A stretch of DNA of 64,000 nucleotides, from contig CAYZTC010000003.1 of NCBI GenBank assembly GCA_964481345.1, positions 6,653 to 70,652 on the forward strand, given 5' to 3'. Of the stretch, positions 38,684 to 48,889 are shown piece by piece (positions within the stretch are counted from its first letter, which is position 1; each line of letters starts with the position of its first letter). Origin of the DNA: an uncultured Candidatus Saccharibacteria bacterium (lineage in GTDB: Bacteria; Patescibacteriota; Dojkabacteria; SC72; JAFGCJ01). Under the pieces are notes generated by a model that searched no databases, was not told the origin of the DNA, and saw only the letters and a list, made by a program, of their open reading frames with translations. A program made the translations under genes and the position numbers.

Positions 38684-39290
38684 GGTTTAAGACCTTTGCA
38701 CCCCATTTTTGCGCATTAGCAGGACAATAAGTGTAGGCTATTACGAAAGGATTATCTGATCCATATCTTTGAGCAATACTTTTGGTAACAGTATAGATTC
38801 CATGTTCAAAGTTGGTAAATGAGGCACTTCCCCATCCAAATGCGTTATATGGTTTGAAACAGAATACTCCACCAGAAGACTCAACAATAGAGATAGCAGG
38901 TATGAGTCTCCAGTCTATTCCAAAATGGTCTGCAGTTTCTACAATATATTGAGAATGAGTAGACATTGGTGAGTTCCACTTTTTGTAGAAATTTTCTACT
39001 TTTTCTGCTCTTTGTCTTACACTTACAATATCAGAAGTTCTTCCTGAAAAGTCCTTCGACGTTATTGACTGTCCGTCAATATACTCTTTTGAATTTTGAA
39101 CTTGATCATCAATATATGGTGCAGAAATTTCGCCTCTTAGTGGATCTTGTTCAAAAGCGGCATGAACTTCTTGGATTAAGTTGTAGTTTGAAAGAAGCCT
39201 TGAAATTATTAACATGAATAGTGCAAAGCCGGTGACCAGTTTTCTAAGGCTTCCGTTTTTGAATATTCTCTTTTTTAATCTTGATAACAT
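38667..39290 (-). CDS. hypothetical secreted protein, paralog of 26607-27329 (lysozyme/transglycosylase-like motifs)
   Basis: N-terminal TM. DWRLIPAISIVESSGG...YNAFGWG...YTYCP aligns with the 26607 product. Confidence 0.35.
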   Translation of the reverse strand: MLSRLKKRIFKNGSLRKLVTGFALFMLIISRLLSNYNLIQEVHAAFEQDPLRGEISAPYIDDQVQNSKEYIDGQSITSKDFSGRTSDIVSVRQRAEKVENFYKKWNSPMSTHSQYIVETADHFGIDWRLIPAISIVESSGGVFCFKPYNAFGWGSASFTNFEHGIYTVTKSIAQRYGSDNPFVIAYTYCPANAQKWGAKVLNLMNQI

Positions 39291-39432
39291 CTGAGTTATC
39301 AGTTAAATTTATTCCGTAAATTTCAATAGACGTTAAAGATAATAATAAACATCTATTGAAAAACTGGAATAATGTTTTGAAGGCCTATAGTGTAGCAGAT
39401 TATCGGTATAATTTCAATATACAGAAAAGCCT

Positions 39433-40062
39433 GTGGTAATAGTGTTAATTGATGTTTTAACTAGTTTAATAAGTGCTCTTGGATATGTGGGAATTTTTTT
39501 CCCTATGGTACTTGATACATGCTTTGTTCCAGGAATTTCATTTATAGTAATTCCATTATCTGGATTTTTAGTATCTGAAGGAATTTTCAATTTGCATTTA
39601 GTTGCGTTTGTTGGTGCATTTGGAAATACTTTTGGTGCGTTTTGGATGTACTATTTGGGTAAAAAAATATCTGAGGAAAAACTAATCGGGATTATTGGAA
39701 GGTATGGTAAATATATCTTGCTTAAAAAATGTGATTATGTAAATGCAAAAGAATTTCTCACAACCAGCAGCAATATAAAGATTTTCTTGGGGAGGTGGCT
39801 TCCTGCAGTTAGAAATGTGATATCTCTACCGGCGGGTGTTGTCCGTATCAATATGTATTCCTTTTTATTCTTTTCGTTTATAGGGTCTCTTTCTTGGTGC
39901 TATTTACTTGCTGTCTTGGGAAATAATCTGGGAAAAAACTGGGTTGTCGTAAGAGAGTCTATTTCCAAATTTGAAGGAATTATATACCTCATGTTTCTAA
40001 TACTTGTAGGGATATTTGTTTATAAGAGGCTATTTTCAAAGGAGACTTCCTCTAATCATTGA
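39433..40062 (+). CDS. DedA/SNARE-associated family membrane protein
   Basis: GYVGIFFPMVLDTCFVPGISFIVIPLSGFLVSEG is the typical DedA N-terminal motif. About 5 TM helices. Confidence 0.7.
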   Translation: MVIVLIDVLTSLISALGYVGIFFPMVLDTCFVPGISFIVIPLSGFLVSEGIFNLHLVAFVGAFGNTFGAFWMYYLGKKISEEKLIGIIGRYGKYILLKKCDYVNAKEFLTTSSNIKIFLGRWLPAVRNVISLPAGVVRINMYSFLFFSFIGSLSWCYLLAVLGNNLGKNWVVVRESISKFEGIIYLMFLILVGIFVYKRLFSKETSSNH

Positions 40063-41580
40063 GGACGGTTGAGTAAGTCCCATTAGTTGAATTATTGTGG
40101 GTGAGATATCACCTAATATCCCTGTTTGTACTGTTATTTTTCGAGTGAAGCCGCGAGGAGGAACAATAATAAATGGTACAGGATTTATGGAATGTTCTGT
40201 GTCAACTTCACCAGTTTGAAGGTTGATCATTTCTTCAATATTTCCATGGTCTGAAGTGATGATAGCTATTCCTCCAAAAGCCGTAACAGCTTTTACTATT
40301 TTTTGAGTGCATCGGTCTACTACCTCCATTGCGAGTAGTCCTGCTTTAATGTTTCCAGTATGTCCTACCATATCTCCGTTTGCTATGTTTACAAGTATGA
40401 AGTCGTAAATATTTAATGAAATTCTTTGGGTGAGGACATCTGTAACCTTAAAGAGTGACATTTCAGGCATTTTGTCATAGGTAGCTACCTTGGGTGATGG
40501 TATTTCTATCCTGTCTTCTCCTTCAAATTTGATGGCTCTTCCACCGTTAAAAAAGTAAGTAACATGGGGGAATTTTTCTGACTCTGAGATTCGAAGTTGT
40601 CTTTTATCTGATTCTGAAATAAGTCTTCCCAGTGGTATATCTATATCGCCTTTTGGAAAAGCGATGTGAATTGGAAAGCCTTTTGCATACTTGGACATCC
40701 CGACGAAGTATAAGTTTTGCATTAGTGGGCCTCTGTCAAACTTATTAAAGTTTGGGTCAATAAATGCCCTAGTAAGTTGGATTGCCCTGTCCGATCTGTA
40801 GTTTAGAAAAATAAAGGAGTCTCCATCTTTGACGCTTGTGTCAATCGGATGATCCAGTATTCTTGGTTTAATAAATTCATCTGTCTCTCCTTTTGAGTAT
40901 GAACTCTTAAGTGACTTTTTCCAGTTTGACTCTTTTGTTCCCTTTTGTTCAGTTAATGCTTTATAAGCAATTTGAGTTCTATCCCATAATTTGTTTCTAT
41001 CCATTGAATAGTATCTTCCGATTATGGTTCCATACATTCCTATTCCTAATTTATGTATCGACTGATCAAGTTGGTTGAAGAAAATAGCGGCTGACTTTGG
41101 AGGTGAATCTCTACCATCTGTAAAGGCATGTATAACTACTGGCTGGGTAACTTCATATCTTTTGGCCATCTCAAGAAATGCAACAAGATGATTTACTGTT
41201 CCATGGACCGATCCCTTGCTAAAGCAAACAGCTACATGTATTGAAGACTTATTCTTTTGAGAATGAGAGAATGCTTTTGCAAACTCTATATTGTTGTAGT
41301 AGCTTCCGTTCTTGATAGACTTGTTTATGCGTGGTAGTGCCTGGTATACAATTTTTCCGGATCCAATATTTAGATGCCCTACCTCGCTGTTTCCTTTTAT
41401 CCCATGTGGAAGTCCCACATATTCTTCTGAAGCAAGTAAGGAAGTATGCGGAAAGCTGCTCCACGCAGATTCCAAAAATGGCGTTTTAGCTTGCTTTACA
41501 ACATTGCCTTTACTGTTTGGTGCAATCCCTATTCCGTCAAGGATGATAAGGACTACTGGCTTGAATTGAGGCAGTCTCAT
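40036..41580 (-). CDS. gpmI: 2,3-bisphosphoglycerate-independent phosphoglycerate mutase
   Basis: N-terminal VLIILDGIGI motif, metalloenzyme-domain His/Asp motifs, and a length of 514 aa. Confidence 0.85.
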   Translation of the reverse strand: MRLPQFKPVVLIILDGIGIAPNSKGNVVKQAKTPFLESAWSSFPHTSLLASEEYVGLPHGIKGNSEVGHLNIGSGKIVYQALPRINKSIKNGSYYNNIEFAKAFSHSQKNKSSIHVAVCFSKGSVHGTVNHLVAFLEMAKRYEVTQPVVIHAFTDGRDSPPKSAAIFFNQLDQSIHKLGIGMYGTIIGRYYSMDRNKLWDRTQIAYKALTEQKGTKESNWKKSLKSSYSKGETDEFIKPRILDHPIDTSVKDGDSFIFLNYRSDRAIQLTRAFIDPNFNKFDRGPLMQNLYFVGMSKYAKGFPIHIAFPKGDIDIPLGRLISESDKRQLRISESEKFPHVTYFFNGGRAIKFEGEDRIEIPSPKVATYDKMPEMSLFKVTDVLTQRISLNIYDFILVNIANGDMVGHTGNIKAGLLAMEVVDRCTQKIVKAVTAFGGIAIITSDHGNIEEMINLQTGEVDTEHSINPVPFIIVPPRGFTRKITVQTGILGDISPTIIQLMGLTQPSSMIRGSLL

Positions 41581-41660
41581 GTTAATATCTTATCACGAGA
41601 CGTATTTTTCGTGTATCATGTAATTGACTGATATTAGTTATTAATGTAATATTTGCGCCG

Positions 41661-42203
41661 ATGGATGAGCAATTTATAAAGAAAATTGAAGATAAATATA
41701 TCAAAGTAGACAAAAAGATCAGATCTGGTGATACCGTGAAAGTTCATTTGAAGATTACTGAAGCAGGAAAGGAAAGAACTCAGATATTTGATGGGGTCGT
41801 TCTTGCTATTAATGGCAAAGGTATATCAAGGTCAATCACTGTGAGAAAGATTAGTAGTGGTGTGGGAGTTGAAAGGATATTTCCCGTAAATTCTACTCAG
41901 ATTAAAAAAATCGAAATAATAGAAAAGGGTGAATCAAGAAGGGCGAAGCTTTACTATATGAGGAAAAGGGTTGGAAAGAGATCTCTGGATGTACAAATTG
42001 ATGAGGAGTTTAAGGGAGAGGTCGAAGTGGAGTCTGAAAACTCTACTATACCTGTGACTGCCCCGCAAAGTGGGACAAAGCAGCCGAAGTCAGGTTTTAC
42101 GAAAAAGACAGGTGCAGAAAAACCCAAGGATAAAACCAAAAAGGTTAAAAATAAACCTGCCAAAGGGGGAAATTCGGCTCTGTCTGTGACTACGTCGAAA
42201 TAG
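41661..42203 (+). CDS. rplS: 50S ribosomal protein L19 with Lys-rich C-terminal extension
   Basis: L19 core (IRSGDTVKVHLKI..G.ERTQIFDGVVLAINGKG...FTVRKIS.GVGVERIFP) plus an extended basic tail. Confidence 0.85.
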   Translation: MDEQFIKKIEDKYIKVDKKIRSGDTVKVHLKITEAGKERTQIFDGVVLAINGKGISRSITVRKISSGVGVERIFPVNSTQIKKIEIIEKGESRRAKLYYMRKRVGKRSLDVQIDEEFKGEVEVESENSTIPVTAPQSGTKQPKSGFTKKTGAEKPKDKTKKVKNKPAKGGNSALSVTTSK

Positions 42204-42241
42204 AGATTTATTAAAAAGATGATATAAAACTAATCCAAACT

Positions 42242-42877
42242 ATGTTCATTCCTCATGATACTTTTCAAATTGAGAGAAGGGTAATTAGTGAAGGAAAAAT
42301 TATTGCTGGGGTCGATGAGGTCGGTAGAGGTAGTATCGCTGGACCAGTTTATGCTGCAGTTGTACTTGTATCCTCTAAGGATCAGTATATTCCAGAGGTG
42401 AAAGATAGCAAGTTGCTCTCTAGGAAGAAAAGGGAAAGGTTATTTAATGAGATAAAGTTGAAGTGTTTGGAGTATTCAGTCGGATCTGCAAGTGAAAAAG
42501 AGGTAGATCAGATGGGTATTGGAAATGCAACTGCTCGTGCAATGGAGAGAGCATATATGAAGCTAAAGAATAAGCCAGATGAAGTGATTGTAGATGGCGC
42601 ATCAATTACAAAGCCGAATATCACATGTACTATGATAAGAGGTGGAGATTTGCTTCACTACTCTATTTCGGCGGCTTCAATTATTGCAAAGGTTACAAGA
42701 GATAGGTATATGTATAGAATTGCAATGAAATATCCAAGTTACGGTATGGATCATAATGTAGGATACGGTACACTTGAACACAGAAATGCAGTAGAGAAGT
42801 ATGGAGTGTTGGATATTCACAGAAAGACATTTTCACCTATTAAGAATATGGTAGGAGCTGAACAGGAGCGGAAATAG
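42242..42877 (+). CDS. rnhB: ribonuclease HII
   Basis: IIAGVDEVGRGSIAGPVYAAVV catalytic motif and a length of 211 aa. Confidence 0.85.
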   Translation: MFIPHDTFQIERRVISEGKIIAGVDEVGRGSIAGPVYAAVVLVSSKDQYIPEVKDSKLLSRKKRERLFNEIKLKCLEYSVGSASEKEVDQMGIGNATARAMERAYMKLKNKPDEVIVDGASITKPNITCTMIRGGDLLHYSISAASIIAKVTRDRYMYRIAMKYPSYGMDHNVGYGTLEHRNAVEKYGVLDIHRKTFSPIKNMVGAEQERK

Positions 42878-43005
42878 TATTATTGTGGGATTCACGGAAA
42901 CACCGTTATAGAAGCAAAACACCAGTCTGGAGACTTGACATTTATAGTCTAAAATAGTAATATGTCTTTATCACGATGGGGGAACTACCAAAGGGTTTCG
43001 TCCCG

Positions 43006-43027
43006 AGGGAATGTCTCCCTTTTTTTA
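43006..43027 (+). terminator. short GC hairpin (AGGGA atgtc TCCCT) followed by T7 run; candidate bidirectional terminator between rnhB and the convergent NYN gene
   Basis: Read directly from the sequence at 43006-43027. Confidence 0.4.
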
Positions 43028-43534
43028 TCCTTTGACACTCAATTTCTTTTTATACTCTACTTTCTTCCTAAATTGCTGAACACTAACAATATATTTTGCA
43101 TATTTTCTAAGAAGTGAGGAATATTTGTGATTCGGTGTAATTATCTTTCCAAGTTTGCCTTTGTCTTCAAGAAATTCTACTAGGCAATAAAAATCACCAT
43201 CCCCGGTAGCGATTATCGCTTTCTCATATTCTTTAAAGTGAATCATCGTATGAAGAACTAGTTCGGCATCGACATTTCCCTTGATAACCTTTTTCCTACC
43301 TTTTTTAAATTCTAGAGTTGGCTTAAAGATAAGGATGTACTCTGATTCTTGAAGGAATGTGTACAATTTTTCGTTTCCAGGGACATGACCGATGAATAAA
43401 TATGCTCTTGTCACTTTATACTTGTCTCGCAGATATGTTCGCAATTTTTTGAAATCGAGTGTCCAGCCAGCAGCTTTGACTCCAAGGTTGAGGTTCTGAG
43501 AATCTATAAAAGCATAAACCTTTTGTTCCTTCAT
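43025..43534 (-). CDS. NYN/LabA-like PIN-domain protein
   Basis: YAFIDSQNL...GNVDAELVLH...ATGDGDFYCLVEFL are the conserved acidic motifs of the NYN family. Confidence 0.7.
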   Translation of the reverse strand: MKEQKVYAFIDSQNLNLGVKAAGWTLDFKKLRTYLRDKYKVTRAYLFIGHVPGNEKLYTFLQESEYILIFKPTLEFKKGRKKVIKGNVDAELVLHTMIHFKEYEKAIIATGDGDFYCLVEFLEDKGKLGKIITPNHKYSSLLRKYAKYIVSVQQFRKKVEYKKKLSVKG

Positions 43535-43640
43535 ACTTCGAAGTATGTAATTAATGGCTTATTAATCATACACGGTGAAGAGATTTAAGTCGAAATTGTA
43601 ATGAAATAATCAGGCTAACGCTCAATATTTAATAAAAAAA

Positions 43641-43832
43641 CTACTTCTTATCTTCTTTCTGAAAATAGACAAGTCCTTTCTTTTGTCTCTTGGCCTCTTT
43701 AAACGCCTCCCTTAGCTCCTCAACAGTATTAGCTCGACCTTCCTTCATTGCCTGACAGATAGGACAATCATCGAAATATTTCCAATCATTATCGCCTTTT
43801 TTGCTGTTCATAATGTTAATACTACGCACCAA
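43641..43832 (-). CDS. small hypothetical protein
   Basis: 63 aa, charged, single CPIC motif. Uncertain. Confidence 0.25.
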   Translation of the reverse strand: MVRSINIMNSKKGDNDWKYFDDCPICQAMKEGRANTVEELREAFKEAKRQKKGLVYFQKEDKK

Positions 43833-44026
43833 AGATTAAGAAATCATTAAATATTGCAATAACTGTAATTGAAATAGTTACGGATTTAGTAGTATTATAT
43901 ATCTAGACTGCTCTATCAATATTTGTTACTATTGCCCGGTTTCCTTCTTTCCCGTAGAGAGGGGCTGGTAGTGTGTTCTGTTAAATAGTAATAGTTGTTA
44001 TAAAGTTCTTTCAACACTCAATGTCC

Positions 44027-44102
44027 GGGCCGCTAGCTCAATTGGCAGAGCAACTGGCTTTTAACCAGTAGGTTCAGGGTTCGATTCCCTGGCGGCTCAC
44101 CA
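44027..44102 (+). tRNA. tRNA-Lys (anticodon TTT), CCA encoded
   Basis: GGGCCGCTAGCTCAATTGGCAGAGCAACTGGCTTTTAACCAGTAGGTTCAGGGTTCGATTCCCTGGCGGCTCACCA. Cloverleaf with anticodon loop CTTTTAA. Confidence 0.85.
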
Positions 44103-44220
44103 TGTGAAAATTAAAGAGAAAAAAGTGTATAAAGAAATAGAAATTATTATGGTGTAAAATTGTAGGGATAAATGGAAATATTGTGAAATAGTTATGAAAC
44201 TAATTTTTTAACAAATAATC

Positions 44221-44673
44221 ATGAAAGACAAAACTCAGGTTGTGATAAATATTCTTTATGCCTTGATAGCATCGTTTATTCTTGTATTACTTACAATTCT
44301 TGCTCCTAGCAGTTTTCCAGAAATAGAAGGGAGAATGTTCCTTGTTTTCCTGCTTGGCTTTGGCGGTGCATTTATGGTGCTGGGGTTTATATTGGCAATT
44401 CTCGCCAGAAAGTGGGTTAAAAATAAAAGACTTAAAACATTCCTTATGCTTGCAGGTTTTTCATCTGGATCCTTTTTGATATTAAGCGTTCTTCACAACG
44501 TATTCTATGGTGTAGCAGAAGTGTTTGAGGATATTGTTATTATACGGTACATAGCAACCGTACTTGAGGTGGTTTCATTTCTTGCTTCGATTATTGTTGT
44601 CCCAATTACGTTTTTGGTTGGAGTGGTTGGAAGCCTCGTGGTACATTTCAAAGGAAGGCCGAATGAAAGTTAA
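44221..44673 (+). CDS. hypothetical membrane protein
   Basis: 150 aa with 4 predicted TM helices. Lies between tRNA-Lys and its duplicated 3' end. Confidence 0.4.
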   Translation: MKDKTQVVINILYALIASFILVLLTILAPSSFPEIEGRMFLVFLLGFGGAFMVLGFILAILARKWVKNKRLKTFLMLAGFSSGSFLILSVLHNVFYGVAEVFEDIVIIRYIATVLEVVSFLASIIVVPITFLVGVVGSLVVHFKGRPNES

Positions 44674-44737
44674 CCAGATAAGCTAGGCTCTTCAATTCTC
44701 TCACCAGAGTCACAACTAAGTTCATCTCTCTCACTAA

Positions 44738-44758
44738 TTCCCTAGCGGCTCACCACCA
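44738..44758 (+). repeat. direct repeat of the tRNA-Lys 3' end (ATTCCCTaGCGGCTCACCA, 19/20 identical to 44083-44102)
   Basis: Seen by eye. An att-site-like duplication 635 bp downstream of the tRNA. Confidence 0.55.
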
Positions 44759-44786
44759 TCTCAACCTGTTCTGATATAATCACACC

Positions 44787-45488
44787 ATGTTTCCTATAGT
44801 AGGAGCCATGACTGAAAAATCGGATACGGAATTTAAGGAAAAGCATAGGAAAAATATTCTTGCAGTAAAAGCCTCAGGTTTATTTTCAAAATTTCCAGTG
44901 TTTGAAGGATTTGTTCCTATTAATAGACACGATTTTCGGCCAGAAATTCTTGAAAATGGAGTATGGGCAAGAAGAGATGATTTAGAAAGTAACTTTGATT
45001 ATAAGCAGCCTATTGTATACAGTATAATACGATGTACTAATACTGATCGTTTCTTAACTTATCTTCGGTCTTCTGATTCCAAGCAATATGATGAGTCACG
45101 ACTTCTTGGTAAGCTATCTGTTGGTGCTGGAGGGCATATTGATTATGAGGATATAAATGCAATAAATAATGATTATCCCGATGTTCTCTCTGTAAGTGCA
45201 TATAAAGAACTCTTACAAGAATTTGATATTAATTTGAAGGATCGACGAAATTGTATTGAGTATGTTGGTTTTGTTCATACGCAGTGTGATGAAGTGAATA
45301 GTGTTCATTTTGGAGTTGTTGCTATTGTAAATATCGAAGATGAAGATCTAATAAAAATAAATTCAGAGGCCCAGGGGTGTGTATTTAAGACAGCTGATGA
45401 AATGTTGAATATGTTAAAGGATGAAAAGATTAGTACTGAACCTTGGACTCGAATAGTAGCAAATACTTATATTTCTGAGTTTTGTTAA
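44787..45488 (+). CDS. hypothetical protein (weak Nudix-like pattern)
   Basis: 233 aa. LGKLSVGAGGHID...AYKELLQEFDI weakly resembles a degenerate Nudix box. Confidence 0.35.
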   Translation: MFPIVGAMTEKSDTEFKEKHRKNILAVKASGLFSKFPVFEGFVPINRHDFRPEILENGVWARRDDLESNFDYKQPIVYSIIRCTNTDRFLTYLRSSDSKQYDESRLLGKLSVGAGGHIDYEDINAINNDYPDVLSVSAYKELLQEFDINLKDRRNCIEYVGFVHTQCDEVNSVHFGVVAIVNIEDEDLIKINSEAQGCVFKTADEMLNMLKDEKISTEPWTRIVANTYISEFC

Positions 45489-46060
45489 TGAACTTCGTGA
45501 ACTATCCCTACATCATGCTTATGAAGGCTGGGCCGTATTGTGGGTACAGTCTTGATGAGATAATTGATATTAAACAGAAGGAAGAGAAGAATATTAGCAA
45601 GTTTTTCTGGGGATACAGCGGGGTATTTTGTAGACCTCATGTGGTGCAGAACTTCGTTACTTAAGCGCTAAATAATAAAGCTAAACCTACCCTATTATTT
45701 ACTGAAACAAAGTCTTCTTACACTACAGATAAAGTCGATAGATTTACAGAGTATTCAACCGATAATTCAAAATGGCTAAAACTCCCTGATGAAGTTTTAT
45801 TGGTTGGGAACAAGTCCAACCATCATTTTGCTATTACCGCGACAAAATTAAAGAATGCTGATATGACGTTAAATTTAAGTGATTATTGTGTACTAAGAGG
45901 AATGTTTCCGGATAAGGACAATTATTTGGATAAGTATTTTAGGTACAGAGTGGATAAGGCATGTGCCGTTTACTCTCCAAGAAAGAATTCAGGTAAAAAG
46001 AACATAAATATTTCATACTCGTGCATTTTAACTAAGCCATACAGTGTTTACGTTAGATGA
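45482..46060 (+). other. two short ORFs (60 and 86 aa), possibly fragments of a degraded gene
   Basis: Two adjacent short same-strand ORFs, 45482-45664 and 45800-46060, separated by a roughly 135 bp gap. No homology recognised. Confidence 0.2.
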
Positions 46061-46103
46061 ATTTGTCTGCTAAACTGAATTAATAAGTTTACTGCCCATA
46101 ATA

Positions 46104-46739
46104 ATGCCTAAAAAAAGTTTAGTAATAGTTATAATTATTGGAGTGGTGTTTTTGGGTGGTGCAGTCTACTTAGGATATAGAGCTGGATGGTTTGATGAGA
46201 TATTTGGAGATGGAGTGACAAATGAGGCCGCTACTACAGAAAATCTTGATGAGGAATCAGATGATGAAGAAACTGATAGTTGGATTATACCTTGCCAGTC
46301 TACAGCTGACTCCCCCGTTGAAGACAGTATTTCTGGATACGATATTCGAGTCTATGTTGCAGAAATACCTGAAGATTATCTGTCGTATTCTATGTTAGAT
46401 GACAGTGACAGCAGAACGTTCTCTCTTTCTGAATTTGAGAATACATCTCAGGTTGAGCCTGCTTACAGCGCATTTGTTAATTTAAGTACAGATGATGATA
46501 GAGAAGAGTTTGGAATAGAGGTGAGTTCTCAGCTATGCAATGAAAATAATATGACAAATCGCAGTTTACAGGTAAGTTCTCATGCTCTAGAAAATGAAAG
46601 AGCTGGTGTTACTGGCTATTTGCATGGGACGCAGTACTACATACCAACAGAGCCAGGTAATTATAGGTTTGATGGTTATGTGTATTTAGGTGATGACTGG
46701 CATTTAGTGGGACAGATAGACTTAGTGTTTGTTGAGTAG
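46104..46739 (+). CDS. hypothetical membrane-anchored acidic protein
   Basis: N-terminal TM, then an acidic stretch (EESDDEETD). Confidence 0.4.
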   Translation: MPKKSLVIVIIIGVVFLGGAVYLGYRAGWFDEIFGDGVTNEAATTENLDEESDDEETDSWIIPCQSTADSPVEDSISGYDIRVYVAEIPEDYLSYSMLDDSDSRTFSLSEFENTSQVEPAYSAFVNLSTDDDREEFGIEVSSQLCNENNMTNRSLQVSSHALENERAGVTGYLHGTQYYIPTEPGNYRFDGYVYLGDDWHLVGQIDLVFVE

Positions 46740-46810
46740 ATATTGAAAATAAATTGACCCTATAATATAATTAAAGTAGTTGCCCATAACTAAGTTATTA
46801 TAATAACGTT

Positions 46811-47386
46811 ATGGATAATATTCCAGAGAAACCTCAACAAAACGAAAGTGAACCATTAAATGAAAAGAATGTTACACCTGAGCAAATTCTATCAATAAAC
46901 GATTTCGTGGGAATTGAAATTCCACGTGTTGAGGAATTGCCAAGATTAGCTATGTCTGAACAATCCTCTTATAAGCGAGGAGATGATTCTAATAAGATTT
47001 ACTTTCTTTTATCTTGTGGTATTAATTTACCTGAAGACTGGTACGAATTAAAAGGAGGTATTGTTCCTAATCCGGAGTTCCATGCTGAAATTGTAACGAC
47101 TACAATTATAATGAATCATATGAAACATGTATTCTGGTTAATTGAGAAAAAAATTCCTCGAGAAAAATTAGAGAAAGCAATAGCTTTTCATTCTCAGTGG
47201 CTGATAAATAAAAGAATTAATAGAGATAATTTAAGGGACCCTGACGTTGCAGAAGAGTTTAGAAATACAGAGATGGCAATAAAAAGTGTGGGTACTTTAT
47301 GTAATGCCCGAGCTCAGGTTTCTCCAATGGAGCTAAGGGAATTAGTAGTATTGGTTATTAATTCCTTTAAGACGAGAGAGGCTTAG
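46811..47386 (+). CDS. hypothetical protein
   Basis: 191 aa, no recognisable domain. Confidence 0.35.
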   Translation: MDNIPEKPQQNESEPLNEKNVTPEQILSINDFVGIEIPRVEELPRLAMSEQSSYKRGDDSNKIYFLLSCGINLPEDWYELKGGIVPNPEFHAEIVTTTIIMNHMKHVFWLIEKKIPREKLEKAIAFHSQWLINKRINRDNLRDPDVAEEFRNTEMAIKSVGTLCNARAQVSPMELRELVVLVINSFKTREA

Positions 47387-47461
47387 CCTGCTGGAATGGA
47401 ACAGACCTAAAAGTCATAGGAGTAGAAATTAGAGGTATTTCAGATCTGCTATACTTTGTGA

Positions 47462-47911
47462 ATGGAAAATGCAATTTATCTTTTTCAGAAAACTATTTCC
47501 TCCATGAAAAATAAACAGGAGGATCTTCGTGAGAGTATACATAAAAGTAGTTTTACAGGGTCTAGTACAAGAATGCTTAATCCAGATAGAGTTTCTAAGT
47601 TTATTAAACTCTGGAAGATTGAAAGTTTATTAAGTAAATCGAGACGGCTTTCTGAACCTAATCGAAACAGTTGTACGCAGGTGGGCCATAGAGTGACAAT
47701 GATTAGTCAGGATAATAAAGAAATAATAGTGCATTTATGTTCAAAATTGGATGTAATGTATTGTACAGGTATAAACAAATTATCAGGGCGACTCTTGTCT
47801 ATTGAAAGTCCATTTGGAAAACTTCTTCTTGGAAAGAGAGTTGATGGTAACATTCAATTCGATCAGCAAAACTTCAAAATTACTGAAATTGAAGTGTCTG
47901 AGTACGTCTGA
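47462..47911 (+). CDS. hypothetical protein
   Basis: 149 aa, no recognisable domain. Confidence 0.3.
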   Translation: MENAIYLFQKTISSMKNKQEDLRESIHKSSFTGSSTRMLNPDRVSKFIKLWKIESLLSKSRRLSEPNRNSCTQVGHRVTMISQDNKEIIVHLCSKLDVMYCTGINKLSGRLLSIESPFGKLLLGKRVDGNIQFDQQNFKITEIEVSEYV

Positions 47912-47919
47912 CATTGGTT

Positions 47920-48852
47920 TTACAGTGTAGGTACTATCTTCTCCACCTCTCTTGAGTTGCTTACTTTTACTAGTTTAACTCTCAATTCCTTTGAATTTGG
48001 TATTCCCTTACAGTACCAGGCTAAATGTTTGCGGATTGATACGAAGCCTTTTTTACCGTAAAATTCTTCGGCGAGTTTTGCGTGCTTTATGATCATATTG
48101 AACTTATCCTTGGTTGTTGGAGTGTATTCCTTTTTAAACACCCAGGGATTTCCTCTTGCGGCCTGGCCTATTAATACTCCATCTAATTTATATTTTTTGC
48201 ATATCTGTTGTGCCTGCTCAATAGATTTGATTCCTCCATTCCCTAACAAAGGAATATCTTTTTGATGTGCAATTTCAGCAGCTAATTGGATTTCTTCCCA
48301 ATTAATATCGCCAGAATGGACTTGTTTTAACAGTCTTCCATGAACTGCTATACAAGCTAGTTTAAACTGACAGAGAAACTCCATCCATTCTTTTGTGACA
48401 GGTTTATCGATCCCGATTCTAGTTTTAACTGACAATGGAATGTTATGCTTTTGTGTTATTTCTAAACAACTTAAGATTATTTTTTCAGTTAATTTATAAT
48501 TTCCAATTAATCCTGCTCCTCCTCCACCATGTGTAACGTTTCTAGCTGGACATCCCATATTTATGTCGATACCGTCAAACTTATGTTGTAAAACAAGATC
48601 AACGGCTGTTTTGAAGTCTTCGGTTGTATGTCCAAATAGTTGAACTACAATAGGACGTTCTTTTTCGGAGTATTTTAGTTTTTGTTTAAACTTTCCAGGA
48701 ACTCTTGAGAACCCTTCTACGCTAATGAACTCTGTATACATAACATCAGGCTTAGAAATTTCTGATTGAATTTCTCGCATTGGATAGTCTGTAATCCCAT
48801 CCATGGGAGCAAGACCTACTATTGGCTTCTTAAGTTTTTTCCAGAAGTTCAT
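47920..48852 (-). CDS. dus: tRNA-dihydrouridine synthase
   Basis: N-terminal GLAPMDGITD motif, the FMN-binding TIM-barrel pattern and a catalytic Cys region (NMGCPA). Confidence 0.8.
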   Translation of the reverse strand: MNFWKKLKKPIVGLAPMDGITDYPMREIQSEISKPDVMYTEFISVEGFSRVPGKFKQKLKYSEKERPIVVQLFGHTTEDFKTAVDLVLQHKFDGIDINMGCPARNVTHGGGGAGLIGNYKLTEKIILSCLEITQKHNIPLSVKTRIGIDKPVTKEWMEFLCQFKLACIAVHGRLLKQVHSGDINWEEIQLAAEIAHQKDIPLLGNGGIKSIEQAQQICKKYKLDGVLIGQAARGNPWVFKKEYTPTTKDKFNMIIKHAKLAEEFYGKKGFVSIRKHLAWYCKGIPNSKELRVKLVKVSNSREVEKIVPTL

Positions 48853-48889
48853 ACCGTGATTGTATCTTAATTAAGTTTTTCTATAAAAT

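Noticed and set aside
44103-47911. Intact prophage or integrative conjugative element at tRNA-Lys
   Set aside because: No integrase, recombinase, terminase, capsid or relaxase-like proteins were recognised. Only the att-like tRNA 3' duplicate and hypothetical genes were found, so it is reported as a possible remnant.
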